From Octopus vulgaris (lineage: Eukaryota), in NCBI GenBank assembly GCA_951406725.2, contig OX597825.1, forward strand, positions 73,408,001 through 73,472,000: DNA of 64,000 nucleotides, written 5' to 3'. The translations under genes and the position numbers were made by a program. Below, piece by piece: positions 52,490-64,000 of the stretch. Every line of letters begins with the position of its first letter. The first letter of the stretch is position 1. The notes below the pieces were generated by a model. The model saw only the letters and a list, made by a program, of their open reading frames with translations. It was not told the DNA's origin and did not search any database.

Positions 52490-53560
52490 AGTTTTTTGTC
52501 TATGTCTTAACCTATATCACAATCTTATATCTTATGTACATGCTGATATTTTTATGACTATATCAATGCTTTTGTCTTAACCTATGTCAGAGTGTTATGT
52601 CTAACGTTTTGTTTATGTCTTAAGCCTATATTACAGCGTTGCATCTTAGGTCTATGCTTTATATCTCTGTGACTACATCAATGCTTTTGTCTTAACCTAT
52701 ATCACAATGTCATATGCTTAATGTTTTCTGCCTATGCCTTAACCTATATCATAGTGTTACATCATATGCTTGTGCCAATATCTTTATGACCACTTCAATG
52801 CTTTTGTCTTAACCTATGTCAGAGTGTTACGACTAATGTTTTCTGTCTATGTCTTAACCTATATCACAGTGCTACATCTTATGTTTGTGCCAATATTTTT
52901 ACGACTACATCAATGCTTTTGTCTTAACCTATATCACAATGTCATATGTCTAATGTTTTCTGTCTGTGTCTTAACCTATATCACAGCGCTACATCTTATG
53001 CTTGTGCCAATATCTTTATGACCACTTCAATGCTTTTGTCTTAACCTATGTCAGAGTGTTATGACTAATATTTTCTGTCTATGACTTAACCTATATCACA
53101 GTGTTACATCTTATGCATGTGCAAATATCTTTATGACCACTTCAATGCTTTTGTCTTAACCTATGTCAGAGTGTTACAACTAATGTTTTCTATGTCTTAA
53201 CCTATATCACAGTGCAAGATCTTAATTTTGTGCCAACATTTTTACGACTACATCAATGCTTTTGTCTTAACCTATATCACAATGTCATATGCCTAATGTT
53301 TTCTGTCTATGTCTTAACCTATATCTCAGTGTTACATCATAATTTTGTGCCAATATTTTTATGACTACATCAATGCTTTTGTCTTAACCTATGTCAGAGT
53401 GTTATGACTAATGTTTTCTGTCTATGTCTTAACCTATATCACAGCGCTACATCTCATGCTTGTGCCAATATCTTTATGACCACTTCAATGCTTTTGTCTT
53501 AACCTATGTCAGAGTGTTACGACTAATGCGTCCTGTCTATGTCTTAACCTATATCACAGC
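52490..53560. repeat. Tandem satellite, about 9 units of 115/117 bp built from 70-bp and 45/47-bp subunits
   Basis: CTTAACCTAT recurs at alternating ~70 and ~45-47 bp spacing from 52506 to 53543. Confidence 0.95.
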
Positions 53561-54114
53561 TTGTACAGACAATACTGTAATAAATAAAAGTCGGTGTATA
53601 AAAACTGCTAAATCGAACAATAGCTAAATGTTTGGCACTCTTTTCTTCGTTATTCATCTTTAACAAGCGAACATCAAATTAGCATTTGGTTGCAACGGAG
53701 ACAACGCTTTTAATGGATGTAGGAAAGATATTCCTTCGCATGCTTCACTTAGCTGTAATCTAGAATATTGAACAATATCGCATGACAATACACTCTAACA
53801 TTATGTTATAACTGATATCTTTTAACACAAGATCAATATATGGACAATGGTTTGCTATGCATTTTCATAAATTTATCAATGTCGCTAGAATTATGTACAG
53901 TTATATATACACACGCTTTATCGCAGACACACAAATGCACACAGACACATACATACACGTGCACATAGTTATATATATGCATACATACATACATACAGAT
54001 ACAGACACACACATTCATATGTGTGTGTGTAATAGTTAACGCATTAATGCAGAGAGAGGTTGTTAGGCACAACTAAATATATTTTTATTACAAATGTTGT
54101 ATATGATGACTAGT

Positions 54115-54490
54115 GTCATCACTGCCGCCGCCGCCACCGCCACCACCACCAACACCACCACCACCAACACCACTACTACGACGACGACGACCACCATCAC
54201 TGCCACCACCACCACCACCACCACCACCACCACCACCACCACCACTACAACCACCACTGCCACCACCACCACCACCACCACCACCACCACCACCACCACC
54301 ACCACAACCACCACTGCCACCACCACTACTACTACGATGACGACCACCATCACTGCCACCACCACCACCACCACCACCACCACAACCACCACTGCCACCA
54401 CCACTACTACTACGACGACGACCACCATCACTGCCACCGCCACCACCACCACCACCACCACCGTCATTGCCATCGTCATCGTCATTGTCA
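54115..54490. repeat. (CAC)n-rich compound trinucleotide repeat
   Basis: Directly visible. Confidence 0.95.
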
Positions 54491-54584
54491 TGAATATATT
54501 CACAATCATGATTGTCACCATCCTCTCCACCAGCATCAACATACTTTTCTCCTCTTCATCGCTGCCAGTAGTGGAAATATCTTT

Positions 54585-54615
<31 letters not shown>

Positions 54616-54832
54616 CATGAAATATGAAATATGAAATCCTTCACTTGATGAACCAGTTTAAAGGAAACAGCAGGAGAGGCATCCAGCAGTGAAACAATAC
54701 CTCAAAAGTACATTCAAGCAACACCATTCTGACAAGGAAAAATGGTATTGAAGACAACAGAATAGCAGATCTGGTAATCAACACAAATATTTTAAGACAA
54801 TCTCTACATCCAACTGTGCTGGACTCGGCTGT

Positions 54833-54875
54833 TTCATATTGATAAAGGGAAACTACCCTGAAACCGGTGTGCGGA
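54833..54875 (+). ncRNA. Degenerate hammerhead-like motif (U3:A8), followed by a hairpin at 54880-54927
   Basis: ttcata-TTGATAA-AGGG-aaacta-CCCT-GAA-ACCGGT-G-tgcgga; weak stem I and G at position 17. Confidence 0.4.
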
Positions 54876-56449
54876 TGCGTAAACCTTCAAACAGGGAAGT
54901 TGATGACCTCCCCTGTTTGAAGGTTTATGGATGCCGTTTCGTGCACCATATAGCTAGCTAGAGGTGACCGCCTCTCACAGCTAATCAACAGCGGCATTCG
55001 TCCTATTTCTATGGACTACCATGTTAGTTTGGCAATAAATATCAATACTCAGTACTGTTGCTGTATCTCTCGTTTAGAGAGATTTAGAAGTTATAACATT
55101 TCTATTTTTGAAAATCAGTGAATGTGCTTCACTGATTATATATATAAAAATATATGTGTACCGTGTGACACTAGAGACTTCAGATATGAGTTATATAGAA
55201 TAGTGAAACATCATCTGAGTGCTTCATGTAAGCATGTGTGTTTGTGTTTATGCCTGTTTGTTTGCATGTATGTGTTTGTATTTGAATCTTAGTGAATACA
55301 TACATACACACACACATGCAAATAGAGAGGAAGCGAGGTTCTGATGCCAAAAGCAAAATGTAAAACACGAAGCTATATAAGTCGAGACTAAGATTCAATA
55401 TGCAATGCGATCAATGTTAGCTTAATCATCAATTAATTATGTGTGTGTGTGTGTGTAAAAGTGATGAGGATGAATCCAACTTATGCTAACATGAAAAATA
55501 CCCTCATAAAACAATGGTGGTGACAGTGGCAGTAGTGGTAGTGGTGGTGGTGGTAATGCCAGCAATGGTGATGATGGTGTTTGTGATAATGATGAGGATG
55601 ATCAGGGAGAAGAGGATGCTACTGTTGCTGTTGTTGTTGTTAAGCAACAAGACGGGTAAGGGTAAATTAGGTGATGGTCTAGGGCTTAGGGGCGGGAGAC
55701 CCCAGACCTTGGAAAAAAAAAACTTTGGTCATCTTGTTGTAGTTGAGGGCCCTACGTTGATGCCCGACACCACTGGGAGGTGTCCCTTGAAGTCGCTGGA
55801 AATGGAGATCTCCAGGTTCAAATTCTTGAACGACTGCTGCTGTGGCTGATGACAATCATAGTAGTGATGAAGATAATGATGATGAGGTGGTGGTGGTGGT
55901 GGTGAAACAGGATGATAATGGTGATGATGATGGTGACAACGATGATGAAGATGAAAATGATGATGGTGATGATGAAGCTATTGTTGCTGTTACTACTGTT
56001 GCTGCTGCTGCTGCTGCTGATGATGATGATGATAACAGTGATATGAAACGATCTGTTTCGTAGCTGTGTCAGTGGAATGGTTTTCGCAATGACCAGGAAA
56101 AACAGAAAGAAAAAGCTATCAGGTTTTATTATTGGCTCTGTTACATGTAATTATCTACATCTGGATTTCTGTTATGATAGGACGACGACAAAGAAAATGT
56201 CATTACAGAGAAAGATCTTTGCTGCGAAGCGGAGACAAAGATGGTAAAACTCTTTGCCCACCGACCAAATAATATCTGGTTATCTGAAGAATCAGAAGAC
56301 AGCCAGTCTTCTCACAAACAATAAAAATTTCTTGGTGTGTCACGATTTTCACCACGCATCTGTGACCTGTTTAATGACTGGGTGACAGTTGTTTAGTTGT
56401 TAGTGTTATTCTTGAAATACTTAGATATTTTGGTACAATATTGCAGTTT

Positions 56450-57065
56450 GTGTGAAGGCACATGGCCTAGTGGTACCTAACCCAGGAACTGACACCACTA
56501 ACTTATGATCATGTGGTAGAGGCTTGTGACTTAGTGGTTAGGGTGTTGAACTCATGATCATAAGGTTGTGGTTTCGATTCCTAGACCAGGCGATGCATTG
56601 TGTTCTTGAGCAAAACACTTCATTTCACCTTGCTCCAGTCCACTCAGCTGGCAAAAATGAGTAATCCTGCAATGGATTGACGTCCCGTCAAGGTGGTTGA
56701 GTTTCTATGCCACTGAAACCGGGAAAACGGCCCTTATGAGCCTGGCATGGCTCAAGAAGGAATATTTATTGTGGAGGCACATGGCCTAGTGGTTAGAGCA
56801 GTGGACTCGTGGTCGAGGGGTCGCAGGTGCAAATCTCAGACTGAGCAATGTATGCGTTTATGAGTGAAACACCTAAGCTCCATGCGACAGAATGTAATGG
56901 CGAACTTCTGCTGACTCTTTCGCCACAACTTTCTCTCACTCTTTCCTCCTGCATCTTGCAGCTCACCTGTGATGGACCAGCGTCCCATCCATGTGGGGAA
57001 CCTATATGCCAAGGAAACCGGGAAAATGGCCCTTATGAGTCAGGCGTGGCTCAAGTAGAAACAAA
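56450..57065 (+). mobile_element. Tandem S3-type SINEs
   Basis: Three tRNA-like heads and two bodies. Confidence 0.8.
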
Positions 57066-57124
57066 CAACAATTGCAGTTTGTAGATCTTTTATCAAGAAG
57101 TATGAAAGATCTATATTCTTTTTT

Positions 57125-57330
57125 TTATTACTCTAGGCACAAGGCCCAAAATTTTGAGGAAGGGAGCTAGTTGATTTGATTGATCCCAGTATGCAACTGG
57201 TACTTAATTTATTGACCCCAAAAGGATGAAAGGCAAAGTTGACCTCAGCAGAATTTGAACTCAGAACGTAAAGACATGAAACATCACTAAGCATTTTGCC
57301 TGGCATGCTAACATTTCTGCCAGCTTGCCA
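57125..57330 (-). mobile_element. SINE S2
   Basis: Family match. Confidence 0.85.
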
Positions 57331-57360
57331 CCATATGAAAGATCTATATTAAAACATTCA

Positions 57361-57750
57361 AGGCATAGGTGAGGCTGTGTAGTAAGAAACCTGCTTTACT
57401 ACCATATGGTTCCAGGTTCAGTCCCTCTGTGTGACATCATGAGTAAGTGTCTTCTGGTATAGCTTTGGGCCAACCAAAGCCTTGTGAGTGGATTTGGTGC
57501 ACAGAAACTGAAAGAAGCCCATCGTATATATGCATATATATTTATATCAATGTATGTGGGTTTCTGTGTTTGTTGTCACCACTGCCACTTGACAACAGGT
57601 GCTGGCATATTTACCTCCCTGTAACTCAGCAGTTTCGGCAAAAGGGACCGATGGAGTAAGCACTAGGCTTATAAAAATAAGTCCTGGGGTTGATACATTC
57701 AACTGAAAATTCTCCAAGGCTGCAGTCCAATGACTGAAACAATTAAAAGA
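57361..57750 (+). mobile_element. SINE S1 (diverged)
   Basis: Family match. Confidence 0.8.
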
Positions 57751-57818
57751 TGAAAGATAAACAATAATTGATCCTCCTGCATTCTCTTTTACCCAAAGCC
57801 AAAATCTTTTCAGCACTC

Positions 57819-57886
<68 letters not shown>

Positions 57887-58156
57887 ATACATAAATATAT
57901 GTATATGTGTGTGTGTATGCACACATATATATATATATAAATATATATATATGTACTCACACACAAACATATATATACACATATACATATATATATCTTA
58001 TCTTTTCATCTACACCACATCACTTGTGGCTGATGACTCCAGCTTGAGACCAAATCTATTTTATTGAAGTTCATCCTTCACACCTAGCGTTCCAGATAAG
58101 GTCGGCAAACACCTGACCATAAAACAGATAGAATCATTTGTTATGGGCTCTGAAGT

Positions 58157-58200
58157 TGCCATTTCATGGGATTTCAGTCTACTGGACTTCCTCAGTGGCA
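58157..58200 (-). ncRNA. Type-I hammerhead motif with U16.1A change, in a TA-flanked insert (about 57995-58367)
   Basis: TGCCA-CTGAGGA-AGTC-cagta-GACT-GAA-ATC-ccat-GAA-A-TGGCA. Confidence 0.6.
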
Positions 58201-58389
58201 GGTGTCTGCTATGATAAATGTCGATGATTTTATATACCATGCACCTATATAAGAAGATTTCTCAGTGCTAATACTGCAGTATTTGACATTCTAACAAGAA
58301 ACCCGCATTAAGTTGGATATAAAGATTACTCTTTGGTACTAATATGGCTGGCTTCCATCACTAATGGTTATATATATATATATACACAC

Positions 58390-58451
<62 letters not shown>

Positions 58452-58494
58452 GTGTGTATATATACATACATACATATATACATATATATATATT

Positions 58495-58531
<37 letters not shown>

Positions 58532-59174
58532 ATACATTTATATGCTATGCATACATATATATACAAACATATATATAGATAAATATATACATACCATACA
58601 TAAATATACGCACACACATAAAAATATACATAAATACAATTATGTGTGTAGCGCATGCTGGTGTACACATATATGTGTGTAGTGTGTGTGTGTGGTGTGT
58701 GAGATAGTTTTTCTCCCTGGGGGTGGTTTGGTAAGAGTCTTATCTGGCTGCTTATCCTGTTGTAAGTCACCAAAAGTTGTTGATAACAAGTTAAACAGTT
58801 CCAGTTCATTTCAGTATAATGTCTTATTACAATGTCTTACAGGAACACTTTAAGTCTTTTAATATCTGAAGTAGTTATTCAGTACTATCTCAAGGTATCT
58901 TTCATTATTCGTTAACCTAATTGATATTCCCATTACTTTTAGGCAAAATTCCTATCTCTGGTTTTTGGAAAAATTTTCCTCAAATGTTATCCGTTTTTGT
59001 GTTGCAGTTATTTACTGAATTCTGGCTTCTTAAGATTAATTGACAAATTTTCTTTATGACAAAGATTTTTCTGTCATAAAGACCTACCTACTTGTTAGAT
59101 TGGTAAGTAGCTTGAACTGAGGCTGTATGTTAGTACTTTAGCAATTATGAAGCATAAAAGATATTTCAACCATT

Positions 59175-59495
<321 letters not shown>

Positions 59496-60639
59496 ACAAA
59501 AGATATGTTTTAATGCTACGTATGGCTCCACAAATATAGTTTAGCTGTTAAAAGGTGAGTTTTAATACTACATATGGTTCCACAAATACTATAGTTTATC
59601 TGTCAAAATATATGCTTTAGTACTACATATTGTTCCACAAATACTATAGTTTAAGCTCTACCTATGAGTCTGTTAATACTGTGATCCACTTTTAAGTATG
59701 TCATCTTCTAATGCTCATTTATCAGTTCAAATTCGAGGTTGTGTCTACTAGTTTATAAACTCATGGCAAATACAAACACGCAAAAGCAAGCACAGTCACA
59801 TACACATAAATGTATATGTACGTGTGTGTGTGTGTGCGCATGTATATCTTTGTGTCTTTGTGTATGCATAGCTATACATATATATATGTGTGTGTTTATA
59901 TATATATTTGTGTGTATATATATATATATATATATACATATATATACATATGTATATGTATACATATATGTATATGTATATATGTATATATGTATATATG
60001 TATATATAGGTATGCATATATATATATGTGTATATGTATATATATATGTATATACACATGCATATATATATATATATATACACATACACACGTATAAATA
60101 TATATATCTATATAACTATAAAACATACACTTCAAACCCCATATATATATATATGCATATATGTATATATACACACACATACATCAACCTAATTAGATTA
60201 GACTGTAGTTTTCCTCTCTTTGATACACAGCTAATCCTTTGGAGAAGAAGCCTTGTTTTTTGATGTTTTCTTTCTTCGGGGAACTCATTAATGTGTTGAT
60301 ACGATTGATTACAAGATACAAAAACATTAAGAGTGAAATACTTTCAAATTCTCTTAAAGCAATCCTACAATCTCAACAGACAACGAAAGATGTAAATAAT
60401 CTTGAACAAATCAACCCTTTCTCCTTGTCAGTACAAAGATTTTGGTGGGCTGATAGATTGGCCCAATGGCCTTAAGGGAGCTTCTATCTTGTTATTATGT
60501 TGAAGCTAAAACTATCTTTTAAGATATTCCCTAATTCCAGAATGCAAAGAATCGTTTGAGGAATGATTCTTCTATTTCTGATGCATTATGTACTAAATGA
60601 AACACAATAACAAGATTATAAGCATGAGTTGTTGCTGCT

Positions 60640-61025
60640 GTTGCTGTTGCTGTTGTTGAGTGAATGTTCTTCATCCCAGAGCTCGCAAGATGGGAGAAGT
60701 CCGAAACGTGGTCCTTTGCTATTCGTAAGACCCGCAGAAGAGAAAGCAGGTCAACCCCCGACACCGACAGCATCGACGGATGGACGAATGCGCATCCAGG
60801 CTCAGCGGTTGCATAGGAAATCGGGGACAAGAAACAGGAAGAAAGAGTGAGAGAAAGTTGGAGCTAAAGAGTGCAACAGGGGTCACCACCACCCCCTGTC
60901 GGAGCCTCATGGAGTTTTAGGTGTCTTTGTTCAATAAACACACACAACTCCCGGTCTGGAAATCGAAACCGCGATCCTCCGCCCATGAGTCTGCTGCCCT
61001 AACCATTGGGCCATTGCGCCTCCAC
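60640..61025 (-). mobile_element. S3-related SINE with (CAA/CAG)n tail
   Basis: Head matches 33522 and 56770. Confidence 0.75.
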
Positions 61026-62289
61026 TGCTGTTGTTGCTGTTGTTGTTGGTGGTGTTATTTAAGTCCAGTTCTGCTATTATGGGGGCAGACCTATGTCCAG
61101 TGGAAACCAGGTTATCTTTCTTTCTGCAGGCATAATATATCTTGGACTATTTCACAAATAATGGATTATTTTGAAGGTTGACCAAAGCTTTGTGAGCAAA
61201 TTTGCTTAATGGAGACTGGAAGCCTGTTCCTCAATACTTACACCCAACTCCCAGTCAAGGAATCTTTCTCTTGTCCTGCAATTTACTTGGTGACCCCCAC
61301 CACTGCTGGTGTCATGAAAAAAGACATCCAGTACATACTGTAAAGTGGTTGGAAATAGGAAAGGAACCCAGCCATAAAAACCATGCCAAAATAGACAATA
61401 GCACTTGGTACAGCCCTCTGGCTTGCCAGCTCTTGTCAAAACGTCCAACTCATACCAGTAGGGAAAGTGGATGTTAAATGATGATGATTGATGACAGTGA
61501 TGTTGTGTGTGTTTGTATATCTATGTATGAGTGTATGTGTGTGTGTATGTGTGTGTGAACTCATAAGAGTAAGGTTTTTGTTTCTTGAGGTATATATATA
61601 TATATATATCCACCAACTGGACAGGACGCCAGTCCATTGCAGCGTTACTAATTTTTGCCAGCTGAATGGACTGGAGCAACGTGAAATGAAATGTTTTGCT
61701 CAGAAAATAATGCATTGCCTGTCCAGAATTGAAAGCACAAAAGATTTGTGTCCTGATATATCTTGGTATTATAGATACATACATACATACATACATGCAT
61801 ACATACATACATACATACATACACACATCATCATCATCCTCATCATATAACTCCTGCTTTCCATGCTGGCATGGGTTGGATGGTTTGACTGAGGATTTGA
61901 AAGCCAGGAGGCTGGATTAGGCTCCAATCTGACTGAAACAAGGAAAAGAGAATATATTTATACACACACACACATACACATACACACACACCCATAGAAG
62001 CGAAAAGAAAGTATTAAAATGATGACGATGATAGTGATAGATGATATGGAAAAAGGACATTTTCCTGGTAGCTTCACCAAACCAACCACTTACCTTCTAG
62101 GCTAGCTTTGTTATCTCCCTTTTATGTTAAGCTCTCTTGTGTCATGACTTTGCAAGAACAAGATAAGGTTCAATATCTAAGTATGGTGTGAAACTCAGTT
62201 TTAGCAGCTGGCTCAGGTTTTGTAGCGCAACTTCATGGGAGAGTATGGAACAGAGAGAATTCTGCAGAAGTTGCTATAGTAACTAGATC

Positions 62290-62780
62290 AACGACAAACA
62301 GACAGACAGGCAGACAGATACACACACACACACACACACATACACATGCAAATGCTTGAGGACTCAGAGTATGTGTGCACATATACACTGAAATAGGAAG
62401 ACAGACTTACAGGAATAGACACAGACTCAGACACACATGTGGGAGAACACACACTTAGAGGAATATACATACATATAGACACACATAGAGGCACAAAGGA
62501 ATACATACGCATACATGTGAACATATGCATGCACAGACACAGATAATACGCTGCACATTGGATATATATTATGGCTAGATCAATACCACGAGACATACGG
62601 ACAAATAGATATACATATATACATATATTTGTATATATATACATAATACATACATAATACACACAAACACACATGCATATGTGTATATATATATGGACAT
62701 ACACACACACATACATATGTATATCTGTCTATCCATTTATCTATATGTATATATATATATATAGATAGATATATAATATA

Positions 62781-62872
<92 letters not shown>

Positions 62873-63211
62873 TAGATAGATAGATATAGATATATATATA
62901 TACATAGATAGATAGATATATAATATATATATATATACATACAATCGTATATACATGCATACTTACATACATAAACACACAAACATACATACACATATAC
63001 ACACATATACATATTTACACACAGACATGCATACATATATACATACAAATACATATACATACATACATACATACATACACACATATATACATACATACAT
63101 ACATACATACATACATACATGCATACATACATACATACATACACACACATAAATACATGCATGCATACACTGATATACAGACAGAAATTGATACATATGC
63201 CAACAGGCAAT

Positions 63212-63246
<35 letters not shown>

Positions 63247-63484
63247 TCTGGATTCCAATAATTTCTGACTATATCACTTCTCGTTCTGTGAAGCAATATT
63301 AATGCCAACAGCCTGTCCACAATAAAGACGGTAATTTATGTGTCACTAACAGCAAAAATATCCATCAACTCTACACACAGCTAATGGCTTAAACCATATG
63401 CTCGCTTTCTCTCACTCTTTATCTCTCTATGTGTGTGCATTTATATATATATATATATATATAAATGCACACACATAGATATAC

Positions 63485-63579
<95 letters not shown>

Positions 63580-63653
63580 GTATAATATATATACACATAT
63601 GTATAATACATACACACAAATTATATATATATACACATATATTATATATAAAT

Positions 63654-63691
<38 letters not shown>

Positions 63692-63802
63692 TTTTTTTCT
63701 CTAGTTTCAGCTCAGAGCTGCGACCATTCTGATGCACCCCTGTTTTGCTACACTGTTATTACTAAGAGCCTCTTCTAATATGTGACACTTGGTGAAGAAT
63801 AG

Positions 63803-63857
<55 letters not shown>

Positions 63858-63880
63858 CATACATACATACATATATAAAC
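62290..63880. repeat. Extended (TA)/(CA)/(CATA) low-complexity region
   Basis: Directly visible; similar tracts at 12850-13265, 13960-14110, 23885-24270, 50695-50950 and 59810-60185. Confidence 0.9.
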
Positions 63881-64000
63881 ATATGTATTTTACTTTTGGA
63901 TTTGGTTTGCAAGGTTCTTTATGTGAGTTCGGGTGTTGAAGCATATTCTTTTGTGTCTGGGGAGAGTCATTCTCTTTTAGTTATCGAAGCTTGAATTATG

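Noticed and set aside
54063-54644. Mucin-like poly-Thr or poly-Val ORFs
   Set aside because: (CAC)n repeat open in several frames, with no credible exon boundaries.
56181-56324. Plus-strand terminal-exon-like ORF DDDKENV...SSHKQ*
   Set aside because: No partner exons or homology identified; antisense to SK.
62095-62261. Strong minus-strand donor GAAG|GTAAGT
   Set aside because: The acceptors tried give stop-containing readings and nothing resembling the SK pore exon.

Overview
AT-rich, microsatellite- and SINE-dense animal DNA with a repeat landscape typical of an octopus (species assignment is inference). The only firmly supported host gene is a small-conductance Ca2+-activated K+ channel (SK/KCNN) on the minus strand. 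Three consecutive exons are visible: 35833-35723 (S6 and CaM-binding helix, 111 nt), 28848-28721 (128 nt) and 24721-24652 (70 nt). I found neither the pore exon nor the canonical last exon, so most of the window is probably intron. The rest is three tRNA-type SINE families, RTE LINE 3' ends, a Penelope-like (GIY-YIG) fragment, a decayed mariner, piggyBac-, hAT- and Tc1-like MITEs, two Helitrons, a 115/117-bp satellite and simple repeats. Most ORFs in the supplied track are microsatellite artefacts. The most notable hidden signal is about ten minimal type-I hammerhead-ribozyme motifs in short Penelope-type inserts. They include one with a swapped G3:C8 core pair inside a TSD-flanked foldback insertion, and related families with a covarying stem I. 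All calls were read by eye; repeat boundaries are approximate and no ribozyme activity is demonstrated.
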